Part shown: piece after piece, positions 1 through 11,794 of the stretch
Numbering within the stretch: the stretch's first letter is position 1
How the letters are laid out: each line of letters starts with the position of its first letter
Assembly (NCBI GenBank): GCA_000320545.1
Contig: ADNK01003092.1
Location: 1-40,742 of the forward strand
Reading direction: 5' to 3'
DNA: 40,742 nucleotides
DNA from: Bigelowiella natans CCMP2755
Taxonomy: Eukaryota > Protista > Cercozoa
Position numbers and translations under genes: made by a program
Notes under the pieces: generated by a model
What the model was told of the DNA's origin: nothing
Seen by the model: only the letters and a program-made list of their open reading frames with translations
The model's database searches: none

Positions 1-2
1 AT

Positions 3-148
3 CCTAACCCTAACCCTAACCCTAACCCTAACCCTAACCCTAACCCTAACCCTAACCCTAACCCTAACCCTAACCCTAACCCTAACCCTAACCCTAACCC
101 TAACCCTAACCCTAACCCTAACCCTAACCCTAACCCTAACCCTAACCC
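3..148 (+). repeat. Telomeric repeat (CCCTAA)n, i.e. TTAGGG on the minus strand; chromosome left end
   Basis: About 24 perfect CCCTAA units from the first bases of the window, ending in variants (CCCGAA, CCCTGA). Confidence 0.98.
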
Positions 149-660
149 GAACCCTGACTTTTGTCCTCGTCGCAGTCCTGACTTTTGCGATGACTTCGAC
201 GGTGGTCCTGACCCTTGTCGCGGTTCTCACTTTGGCCGTGATTTTGACCCTGATCCTGACCCTTGTTGCAGCCATGACTTTGGCGCTGGTTTGCTTCCTG
301 GAACTGGTCCTGACAAGTTTTTCTCGTTCAACCCCTGGTCCCAATGCTGATCCCGATGCTCATCCCAACCCTCACCCAAATCCTGGTCCAAAATCCTCAC
401 CAAAAACCGTGACTCTGACCCTCATCTCAGCCCTGACCCAAAACCCTCACCACTTTTCGTGACTTTGGTCCTCACTTTTGCCCTGAAAAAAGCCCTGGTC
501 GGTTTTTGCGACCAGTTTTCCTCACTTTGACCCTCGTTTCGATCGTCACTTTGGTCGTGGCCCAGGAGAAAACCCTGACCCTGACCCTGATTCCAACCCA
601 GACCTTGCGACCCTGACCTTTGCTCTTTGACTTTGACCTCCTGACCCGTTGACCGTGAGC
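149..660 (+). repeat. Degenerate telomere-derived subtelomeric repeat
   Basis: 6-bp periodicity persists as CCCTGA, CCCTCA, CCCAAA, CTTTGA and CCTGGT (e.g. AACCCTGACCCTGACCCTGA at 571-590). No intact TA remains. Confidence 0.85.
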
Positions 661-891
661 CGGGGGGTGCGCACCGCTTTTTTCTGGAGGAAAGTTTGCT
701 GACGATGGTGATGATGAGGGTGGTCACGTTGAAGCTTGCTGGTGATGTTTTCCTCCTGCACCAGCTCCTTCTTCTGTCGTTCGCTCGTTTTTTGTGAAGC
801 CCTGCCAGAGACACCATCATCGTCATCCGTGTTTCCTTGAACTTGAATTCTCTACCAACAAGGAGGATCAGTCTGCAGTGTCATCAACCCT

Positions 892-1038
892 TCATCATGG
901 ACACGCAACACCACGTGCACGTTGCACACGGCATCACTGTGTCTGTCACAAGTGCAGGCCCTTTTTTGGGCCCCAGGCAACTCATCATGGACACGCAATG
1001 TCACATGCACGTCACGTGTGGCATCACCATGTCTGTCA
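892..1038 (+). repeat. Diverged 57-bp direct repeat (892-948 and 982-1038)
   Basis: TCATCATGGACACGCAA...TGTCTGTCA occurs twice with 12 mismatches, all transitions. Confidence 0.9.
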
Positions 1039-1742
1039 TCTTTGATGTTGAAAAGAAGAAGGCATTGCAGAAGAAGAAGCTGTTGTGGAATGCACAAGAA
1101 GTGACATCACTGTCACTTGTTGAACAACTCCGGCTGGATTTCACGATTTTCCACATCACGATCGTCATCGTGATCATCAATGTCATCATCATCACCTTTG
1201 TCAACATCGTGCATTTGCAACTTCACTAGCTTCAACCCTAACCCTTCGCTCCTTTTTTGTCATTGCATTGTGCTTGATGGGAGCAGTCACAAGTGCGCAC
1301 CAGTTTTTTTGCTCGGCGATGGATTCATTCGCAAGCAATGTGCTCTTCGCAATTTTGATTTTGCGCAGTCAGCTTCAGAGCTCGGTCAACATTGGAGGAA
1401 GCAAATCATGTCAATTTGCGTTTTGGGACTGGCCATGTAGCACGGCATTGACAGGATTGATCACATCAATGATTCTAGCTCACACTGCCAACATGACCAC
1501 ATCGAATCGATTTCATGGATCAACAAATCCCATTCATGACATTGTTGCACTAATGTTCCAGATTTGTGTCATGCAATTTTGACCAACAGCTTTTAATCAC
1601 TGACACTTCAATGACATACATTGCTTGTGTTTTTCTCTATTTTATTTAGTTCGGACTGCGCAAGATTGCAGGTTGATTTATGTTATAGTTCACTTGATTA
1701 TTCCCGTTATTTGCGGTTCATAGATTCTTTTCATTATGTCTT

Positions 1743-2555
1743 TCAGCTCTTTATTCGCACTTCTTCTGCCATGCTTTCAAGTGCTTTTTCCATTTCTTCT
1801 ATCTTTTCCATCACCGCTTTATATTCCTTGAAGTGATATTAGATTATCAGTAAAATTACCACAACAAAAGGTAAGATTATGGCCGACAAAGAAACGAAGC
1901 GCCACGAATATCAGAACCTTCTTTAATGTGTATATACACAGCACACAGACACACCTACATACAACCTGCCGCATATTTGCTTGAACAGTTTTTAACCACT
2001 GCAACGTATTCATCTTTTCTTTCAGGGTACTACTACTATCATCATTCCTTTCCTGATAATTAGATATGGTCATAATCAAACCTTGTAGTAGATCTACGTT
2101 GGTTTTGCTTGTTGTTTGCAGTAATTGGAGATTACAAGAAAGAAGTTTTGTTCAGGAGTGTTGTTAGCAGTAGCGAATAATATATGTTACAAGTAAATAC
2201 CATATTAGAAACACATTGTTGAACCTCTAAAGCCCATGCAGTAGAATCAAAAACTTGTTATTAATGTCATATGTCATACAACATACACATGCAAACAGCG
2301 TGTATGATACCTGGTATGGATTATTCTTGGAAGAAATTTCTGTTATCTCGGCCTTTTTCTGGTCAACGAACATGCCCTGTGCCTGTAACGATATATGCAG
2401 TTATTATTGATATGAGCAAAGCAGCAGCAGCAGTAGTACTACTAGTAGTAGAAATTGCAAATCGCTGGATATGAACATCAACTTCACAACATATTATTTG
2501 TGTGATATTATATATAAGGTTTGGATACTAGTGCGAACATAATCGCCTGAGATGA

Positions 2556-2598
<43 letters not shown>

Positions 2599-3315
2599 TA
2601 AGTATCATGATTCCTTGATTTACTAGTGGTAAGTAGTATTACCTTAAGGTTTGTCTTAATAACTGATTTGAATTTTGTCAGTTTTTTTGTACCACTAACA
2701 ATCTCTGCAGGACTTAAATCCTGAGGGTTAGCAGCTAAGATCGATCTGAAAAGTATATCAATTATCAATGCAGCATAGAGTACTACTAGGTTATCATTAG
2801 GTTTAAATAACATGCCATCATCTTATCTATAAAAATTAATCAGTATACAAATTTATACCTTGCTTCTGCACCATCAACATCTGCTTCTATCTTGAGATCT
2901 TCCTCCTTACTACCGCTCGTTCTTCTTCTTCTTGTTGTTGTTGATGATGATGATGATGATGACAATACGTTGCTCGATTCATTGTCTTGAGACTGATTAT
3001 CTATCTTTTCTTGCTGTTGTCGCTGCTGCTGCTGCTCTAAGGACTTGAGAGCTGTATTTCTAAGATCCAAAGCAATATCCCCGGCGACCTAGAATGCGTA
3101 GATAGAATAAGTAATAAGATGATGATGATGATGATGATGCTGGGTGATGACTGAATGCAACCTGCTGCTGCTGCTTTTCACATTATCATCAACTATGAAC
3201 TAACTACTAGCTCAAATTATCATTCTCAAAAAAACGATTCCTAACCTTGAGGGCTAATCCACTGAAACCCATCCCGAATTTAAGTAAGTTTGAGGCTGCC
3301 CTTCCTATTGCCTCG

Positions 3316-3353
<38 letters not shown>

Positions 3354-6300
3354 CTGATGTTGTCGTAGTAGGGTTAGTAGTGTAGCAGCAGAGAAGGTGG
3401 TAAGTTATAGTGTGTGCTACCACGACTACTACTATAAATCGCTTGGAAGATGACGACAACATAATAATAGTAGTAATAATAATACTAATAACAATGATAA
3501 TAAAGACAATAAGACCACGACCAACTGAATGAGAGCGACTAACTGGCAATACTACTACTACTACTAGTAGTAGTAGTAGAAACTTGATAACATGACTACT
3601 AGAAGATCATTACTACTAAGAACAACGACAATGAATTTGAACAATACGAGATTGGTATCAGCAAGTGGTGGTATACTACTTACTACAACCTATCTGAAAC
3701 TTGCTGCTCTTGTTCTCTTCTCTCCTCTTTCTCTACACGAAATCGATTGGATGTTGCTTTGCTGTTATCATAACTACTACTACTACTGCTATAATCATCG
3801 TCATCATTTAAAGAACTTGCAGTAGCAGCAGCACTTGCTAACGTAGATGGTTTTGAGTGTCTCTTTCTAAAAAGAGAAGAAGATCCATGCTGTTTCTGCT
3901 TCTTCTTCTTGTCATCCGAGGTTGGTGATTCAAGACGAGATTCTAGAAGTTTGAGTTTCTCTTTCAGCCTTTGATTTTCAATTTCAAGATCATCAACAGG
4001 TGTAATCGTAGTAGTAGTAGCACCACCACTACCGGCAGCAGCTTTGGTATCCGTTTTCTTCATTTTATTAATATTATTTTTGTGAGGAGTTATGCGCCTT
4101 GGTGATGATGATGAGGGTGATGATTCAATTGTCATCTTCGCATCGTCAGCTGCCTGGATTATGGTATGCAGTGATAAAAAATAATACAGGTAGTATAAAC
4201 GTGGTGTGAATGATTGATTGATGGTGTGCGACCAAATACTACAGGTTTTACTACTACTATTCACATAATAATGGTTGATGGTGCTGTCGAGTATTACATG
4301 AGGAAATTAACATAGAATGTTGAGAGTAGGGATGATTGAACCAGTATTACTACATGAGGAAATTAACATAGAATGTTGAGAGAGTAGGGATGATTGAACC
4401 AGTATTACTACTACTACTACTACCACTATTACCTCTTGGAAGTCTGTCAAGAGCTTATCGAGGTTCTTCTCCATCACCTGATTATTTGTCAATTTGTCAA
4501 ATATGTAGTATGAGGCAATCACACAAACACACACACACACACACACACACACAATACACCCCTCAAATATAGGAGGCAGTGCCGCAAGACCGAGTAGTCA
4601 ATATGTTGTTGTGTTGTTGTTGCTGCTGCTTTCGAAAAAACCTCATCGCCAGAAGATGTTGTGACAGTATTATTATTACGTAATAATGGTAGTAATTGAT
4701 CATCATGACCACGAATATGATTTAATCACACACTACTACTACTACTACTACTTTGAGTGTTTTCTTGGCATCTTGGAGTTCTTTCTCAGAGCCTTTGCCA
4801 CTCTTGACATCACGTTCCAACCGTTTGACCTGTGATGATGATAGATGGATCAATGGCAGACAGACACACACACACACACACACACCACCTATCATAAGTA
4901 ACTAGTATAACCTTTTATTTCATCATAGATGGTGCTACTACTACTACTACTACTACTACTGCTGCTGGTGATGAGGACGAACGATTATAACCCTATGCAA
5001 TAATAAACTCTTGTGCTAATAACATTTTCACTATCTCCTTGAACTCATCCCCCCCCTCCCCACAACACACCCCACACTACTCTCCATGCATGCCTACATC
5101 ATCTTGAATGCCTCCTAATACGCTGCGAGAAATAAGCACCGCTACCACCTCACTCATCACATTACACTACCTTGAGAGTTTGCCTTTCTGTTGAACTTGC
5201 CTTAATGTTAAGCCTCGCTTCGAGGTCAAATAGCCGCCAGAAGAGACCTCCCCCCCCCCTTTCCTACTATCACTCTTTCCCCCCCCCCTCCTTTTTTACT
5301 CACTGACGCAGCCTCCCTTTGCCGTTTTTGGTATCTTCTTATTTCTTCTTTGGTGGGTTTGATGTCAGCAGTTGCAAGAAATGGATGTTTCAAAGCCTCC
5401 TCTATACCCATTCTACTACTACGTCTACTGCTCCTTCTTAAGCTACTGAAGATGCCACTACCACCAGATGATGATGATGATGATGATCCCAAACTTCCGC
5501 CTCTCTCCCTCAGTAATGATGAAGCAAAATCAAATCCAGCACGTCATTTATGTCCTATTTCATACAGGAGAAAAGAATTTGTCAGTCTGATTAATTAGTG
5601 GTAGTAGTAGTACGTACTACTATTAAGTAGAAGAAGGCTTAACCGCATTTTCGATTTGTGATCGAAATGTGATCAAGTCATTCCTGTGTATTGTTATTGC
5701 TACGACAAACAAAAACTACTGAGTCCTTCTCTTCAATACCATTATTGTTGTGACGTGGTTTGGACAAGAACTAATGCAGTTTTTCATTTATGCTTGATAA
5801 TCATCATTCATGTAGTTATCATTTCTTCATTCACACCTTATCATCATCATCATCATCATTTATCATTATATTACTATTATTTGCCATTATTACCAAAACA
5901 TGAAATTCTGATTCAGGTATACCCCGTTGTGTCTTTCTCCATCGTGGCAAATCATACCTACATCATGATGTGTGCATCATCAATATTTTCTTTCTTTATG
6001 CACTAATCTGGAAGAGGAGTGAGAAATCTTGTATTTACATTGGTGCTGCTGTGTGTGTACACTAACTACCAGTACTTGTACTACTATTACTACTGCTGCT
6101 TCTTAGCCCTTCTCAATTACCTAGCACGTTTCAGTGCCATGTTGAAGTTACGTAGTCCTTGATCACTTCTATATAAGAAGAAGAAGGGAGAAAAGATAAG
6201 AATAAATCGAAACAGTAGCTCAATGTGTACACCCTCAAAGCATAACAAATTAATTACCTTAAAGCTGGGAGAGCAAGCTGCATCAACATGATCTAGACAT

Positions 6301-6354
6301 ATTATTATTATTATTATTATTTTTATCGTCAAGATTAAACAGTGGCAAGAGGAG

Positions 6355-6430
<76 letters not shown>

Positions 6431-6993
6431 CCCATAGAAGCAAACAACTCATTTTGTGGTGCTAATTGATACTGCATGTAGTAGCAATGCTTTTAGGCAT
6501 CTTCTCATATAATGATGATTTCCTTTCTCAACCACGATGGTAATCATAATTAGTATATTAGTAGTAGTAGTACCCCAACGCTGTAGGTGTCAAATCTATC
6601 AGGCATATGTCTTGACCAAAGGATTGGTGCCATTGCCATTGATACCACAGAGCTCTGGTGATAGATCATATCAATCAATCAATCAATCAATTAACCAAAT
6701 TGTTGGCAGAGTTTGAAGATGGAGTATATTATCACCACTGCGCTGTTATATACACCATCCAATGTTAGATTCCCACTCCCCAAACAACACACACACACAC
6801 ACACACACACACATACTACCTGTTTTGAGAGATCAGGGGTGGTAGTTGGAAGTACAAAGTCCTCGGGGGGGCAATAAAGGGGGTCTAAAATGGACTCATC
6901 TGGAACATAGTTTGTGCCTATATGATGATGATGATGATGTTGTTGTTGTTGCGTAGTAGTGTGTATTATGTCAGAATATATTATTTAACACAT

Positions 6994-7034
<41 letters not shown>

Positions 7035-9550
7035 ACTCTCTATGAGAAATGATGACCCAACCCCCAGCATAGAAAGCTTAGAAAGGCATGACGATAAAGT
7101 GAAGAATAGGTAGTAGCAACCGTAAATGACACCTTTGCGGAGATCTGCACATGCGCCGAGATCTATAAGCTTTAACTCTTGCTTTTTATCAACGAATATG
7201 ATATTGGAAGGTTTGATGTCCCGATGTATTATTCCAACCTGACGATTCATAAATGATGGTGGTGGTGATGATGATAACTTCTTGCTTTTCTAAAATAACT
7301 GTGAAACACACATCAACACTAGTCGAATCATCCCCACTAACTAACCCCCCCCCTCCGAGCTAAACCACCTACCTTGTGAAGTTTTTGAATCCGTTTCAAT
7401 ACCTGTCGAAGTAGTCGAAACAACACCATTTCTTAGTAGCGGTAGTAGTAGTAACGTTAGGTGTATATAGGTGTATATATGTATACCTGCTTGATAGTTG
7501 TTGGCAAAACAGATGAGACTGATACTCCTAATTCTTCTCCCAGAGCCTCGTAGCAATGACGGTGATTTAAGAAATACGATAACGTCTTATCTCCTTCATA
7601 CTTCCAAACCAACCACTTCCCTGTTGGAATAGCACTATCTGTTTGGTACTCAACGTTGAAGTAGCCGATAAACTCTGCAATGGCTCCTGTATTATAATGT
7701 GGATGGTGATGATGATGACGATGATGATGATGGTTGCATTGTCAAATGCAAGGGGGGGGGGGGGGTAGGATGACACAAATAATAATAATAATAATAATAA
7801 TTATTATTATTATTCTAATGAAGAAGCAGTGAATGAAAATCACGATCATCACCACCACCATCTATAGATAATAAAGAAGATGGTGGGGTACTACTAACGT
7901 ACCTTTGGCTGCTTTAGAGAGGTGAGCGTTGAAAAGATGCTCGAAGTGGGCCATCGTATCCGCATCTTCAACATTGTACTTAATCCTCTTTAATACCTAG
8001 TAAGTGTAAAATAATAATCATAATTATTAAGAGTCACAATCAGGGAATCACGCGTATCTTGAAAGTTTCTGCGCTGCTGTTTACCACATCCTCTTTTCCC
8101 CCACTCGGTTTTTGCCATTCTCCTAGAATGAAAAGAAAAAGAATTGCGAGGAGCTTTAACCTAACGCTCTCATGTTACCTTACACGTGTACTGTTATGCA
8201 CGATTTATCAAGATTATATTTTAAATAGGATGATGGTGATGATAATGGCCACCTTGATAAACAATGCCGTAGGATCCTTCTCCCAATACCCGCGTAACAC
8301 TGTGACGGCAATAGATGATGACATCAATTTCGCAGCAGCAGCAGCAGAGCATTAAAATGACGATGAAAACCAAAAAAACATTTGGCAGCGGCCTCAGAAA
8401 GTGTGTTTGTACTACTTGAACAAAATGGTAGTAAAATATTACGTTATTGCCCCCTTCGAGTAATCAATTTTGCGGCCTTGGTCTGTTAACCCGCCATAAA
8501 CACGCAAAACACGACGTTGTTTCCTCCTAACGAGTATTGGCGGAGTGTTAAAAAAACTTGAGGCATTAGCTTTAACAGACCAAACTCTATCCTCCTGCAA
8601 TTATTATTTGTTTCGAGAAAGGGTCATCATTATTTTTTTGTGTTGTTTCCTCCTCATCATCATCATCTGTGCTGCTGAAAAAGGTAGTAGGAAATATCGA
8701 TGATTCTTCGCTGAAGCAAGGTGTTTGACTGGGACACTAACTCATCACACCACTCACACAATACTACTTTGTGTGTAGTGTTTAATATCAAATGTGAAGG
8801 ACAATGAAATGCATGCATTGATTGTGTAAAATATTAAATGTGAAGGACAATGAAATACATACATTGATGGAGAGGGATGAGAGACTTGTAGCTATTATGA
8901 TCAAACGTAGATTTTCGGTGCTGTTGGTCGCTAGGATAGAAGGAGGATGATGGATGATTGTAATTTATATAGGATGGCAGCGAAGAAGCAAATGTCGGCT
9001 TGATACTGCTGCTGATGCTGCGATTGCGCTACCACCACAGTGGTGCGGAATCCGAATTGTAGTGGTTGTAGTAGTGCGTGAAAATGATGATGATGATGAT
9101 GATGCTGATGCTGGAATCCCAACCATGCCGTCAAGTTTATTATCCTGTGTGTATCAAAGTTGAATGATGACGTTCTTAAGTTATTGTGGCTCATCAATCA
9201 ACACCATGTGGACAATAACGATGCAACACCATTCGAAATCCCGTATTAGTTAGTCCCATCCTTATTGAATTTGTATGATCGCTCTACTACAACCCATATC
9301 ATAATTTCTGTCGTTGCTTGTCATATTTCTAAAGTAATACTTGTTGCTACACCACCAGAAATATGTAAACTAGCATTACCTTCGTGTGACAATAATGTCC
9401 AAAAAATATGGAACCCAGAGCTAAGGCAGAATAAAGGAGACTGTTTGGACCAGATAAAAAATCTTTCAAACCGTAATTCCGCTTCTTCATCCTGTGCAGT
9501 AGTTTTGTTCTAATATCTTGATTCATGTGCCTCGAAGACAGCCGCGCCAT
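1743..9550 (-). CDS. STN7/STT7-like thylakoid Ser/Thr kinase with C-terminal coiled coil; >20 exons; probable bipartite plastid targeting
   Basis: Spliced exons give [13 protein letters not shown] (~8253-8300), [46 protein letters not shown]...[12 protein letters not shown]|[34 protein letters not shown]|[12 protein letters not shown]|[16 protein letters not shown]|YDL and EALKHPFL. These are followed by LFDLEAR...VKRLERDVK coiled-coil exons ending EEVRIKS* at 1743. The motifs match the STN7 family (IDLGAAADLRVGINY, PDRFDIYS). The N-terminus has a hydrophobic [13 protein letters not shown] stretch plus a Ser/Thr-rich region. The start is uncertain (9490 or 9550), and single-base indels are needed near 5542 and at 5250-5290. 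Confidence 0.85.
4292..4410 (+). repeat. Intronic tandem duplication, ~57 bp x2
   Basis: TACATGAGGAAATTAACATAGAATGTTGAGAG(AG)TAGGGATGATTGAACCAGTATTAC is repeated. Confidence 0.9.
8784..8868 (+). repeat. 39-bp direct repeat (8784-8822, 8830-8868)
   Basis: AATATCAAATGTGAAGGACAATGAAATGCATGCATTGAT versus AATATTAAATGTGAAGGACAATGAAATACATACATTGAT. Confidence 0.9.
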
Positions 9551-9562
9551 ACCTTCTCTATT

Positions 9563-10143
9563 CTAACAGAATCTTACAAAATTGATTCCAAATCGCCAGA
9601 ACCAATTATCGCAAATTTCACTGTGTATGATCCCAACCCCCCTGTCGTGATTGGAAGGGGGGACGGGTCGAATTTCCTTGAAGACAAACTTTGGGAGTAA
9701 GTGGGCTGGGGGAGCCTCCGGGGCGGGAAGAAGTATTCCGTTGATGCCCGCTTTAATTTTCTCGTATCTCAGATCTACTTTCACTTTACCACACGTACAC
9801 GGAAGAGATATTTTGCTGTGTTTGCCTCGTATCTGTATGTCGCAAAGAATATATAGAAGTTCTTCTTGCACATTTTGCACAAAAATATAGTCATGACATT
9901 CGTCTTTTTTTCTAGTGGAAGTATTTCCTTCGGGTGAAACAAGTCCTTTTGAGTTACATTTAGTGATAATAATGTTGTCGATGTATAAATATCTCCTCAA
10001 CATTTTACCTCTTTAATTTGAGTCGCGCTTTTGCTTTTCAATGTTCGTGGTGACCGGGGTGTGGCAACTGCAACGATTTCACCCAAATGACTACTTGGAC
10101 AATTGGACAGGATCGTGCATGTTATGAGTACGAATAGAACATC
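9563..10143 (-). CDS. Possible exons of a hypothetical gene, or upstream exons of the kinase
   Basis: GT-AG-bounded open segments (e.g. VLFVLITCTILSN...KSATQIKE|DLFHPKEILPLEKK). No recognisable motif, and the model does not close. Confidence 0.25.
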
Positions 10144-10516
10144 TGGATGTTATAGTTTGTGTTGGTTGGTGCATTTATTTCTTACTACTTTTATTCGGAT
10201 AAACATACATCTTCATCCTCATTATCATCTGCCCTGTTTTTCGGTACCATAGTGCTGCATACACAGACGACGGACAGCACCCATAATCGAAATAAGTACA
10301 CCTCCTTTCAACAACTCGCTTACACATTTATGGAACAATCGTACGATGTATATACTGACGATTACATTTATCATGATTACTACATTTTTCATGGTGACTT
10401 GTAGTAGGTAGTCAGTCAAGTAGCATGTTGCTGTAGCAGATGAAGATATGACGTAACGTAATGTGATGATGATGCGACTGATCTTCTAACTACGGCAATT
10501 TTTAGGAGGAAAACGG

Positions 10517-10640
10517 TTGGTTGTGGTTGTGGTTGTGGTTGTGGTTGTGGTTGTGGTTGTGGTTGTGGTTGTGGTTGTGGTTGTGGTTGTGGTTGTGGTT
10601 GTGGTGGTGGTGGTGGTGGTGGTGGTGGTGGTGGTGGTGT
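10517..10640 (+). repeat. (GGTTGT)n followed by (GGT)n simple repeat
   Basis: Direct reading; lies between the divergent kinase and oxidoreductase starts. Confidence 0.95.
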
Positions 10641-10719
10641 GGTGGCGGGGCCTAGGAATAATCCATGATAATATATTCTGCTAATAGAACACACAGGACT
10701 TTCATCTGTTTATTAGATC

Positions 10720-11759
10720 ATGGCAGATAGAAGAGCTCGGAGCTTTCGAAGCGTTACGACTACACTAACGCAAATTTATCGCTCCCGTGCAATCCAAGGC
10801 GCCCGCTTTCTCCAACTTATGACCGCAGCGACATTCATTAGCGCATTTGTAATCCTGGGTGTGATGTTTCCCCCCTCTGAACTAGGTAATGCAGCATTGA
10901 AAACAAACGACACTGCCTAATCATGCTTTTTGATCATAGGCTCAGCTTCTATTGTTCCACTAAGGTTTGGCGTAACATATATCCGCATCCCATACTCGCA
11001 CGTTGCCTAACTTTGCACTCGCGCATGAGAATCGAATTTTATTCCGAGATGGGATAAATCCAGCCTTCTTGGATTCTCCTATTCTTTCATTACTTTCCAT
11101 ATTATTACGAATATAATCTTGAATTCTCCTTTTCTTTCATCACTTTTCATATTATTATGAATATAATCTTGAATTCTCCTCTTCTTTCATTACTTCCATA
11201 TTATTATGAATATAATCTTGGATTCTCCTTTTCTATCATTACTTTCCATATTATTACGAAGATAACTATTAAGTGTATGCAGATAATTTTTCAAATATTA
11301 TTTCTAAATTACTACAAGAGTTCGGTCATCGCGTTCCTCCTATCAAAGGAATGATGCGAGGGCAGCATTTGGAAATCATCGTCGCCAACTGGTACGTACA
11401 GAGATTGATCATCCGTTTATCGATGCATTTTTCTGTCTACAATAACATCGGAAAATATATTTGTTATGGAGATGGATCCTCTACTGCGTGGTTCCATGGG
11501 TTATTTGCCATACGCTGACCGGTGCGAGAGAACTCGAATTAATGCGGCCGGAGGAAAGAAAGAACCAGAGTTTTTCTCTGCAAATATTGATTCAATTAAA
11601 CCCGGTAGCTGCAGAATTTTCCGTGATATCTATCGAAAAAGTATAGGAAAAAAGACTAAGAAGTTTTTCACATGTTGTAGCTTGCGAAGGGGGGAAGGTG
11701 TATTCGGTGGTGGTTAACAGTCCGAGAACCTCGGCCAAGGTGATGATTACGACGACGAC

Positions 11760-11794
<35 letters not shown>

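Larger units (their letters stand above)
149..1620. other. TpA-depleted subtelomeric block A
   Basis: By eye only 6 TA dinucleotides in 149-1590 and none in 149-852, with abundant TGCA/CATG/CAC. Confidence 0.9.

Noticed and set aside
1234-1245. Interstitial telomere sites (also 35277-35287)
   Set aside because: Only about two units each, too short to distinguish from chance or subtelomeric remnants.
190-1582. Many overlapping ORFs in the subtelomere (likewise 22229-23360 and 36963-38716)
   Set aside because: Loss of TA removes TAA/TAG stops, so long Cys/His-rich ORFs appear in all frames. None has a recognisable domain.
2598-2813. AT-rich ORF as another foreign insert
   Set aside because: It contains a canonical AG/GT-bounded exon (RSILAANPQ...KTNLK) that splices in phase into the kinase gene's C-terminus.
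5250-5554. Frameshifts in the STN7-like kinase suggesting a pseudogene or programmed frameshifting (also ~11601 in the oxidoreductase and ~29579 in the SEL1 gene)
   Set aside because: Single-base indels occur in three unrelated, otherwise intact genes, mostly at homopolymers or doublets. They are most likely consensus errors and need read-level checking.
11068-11263. CRISPR-like repeat (also 38826-39047)
   Set aside because: Units are head-to-tail with no unique spacers, so these are ordinary minisatellites.
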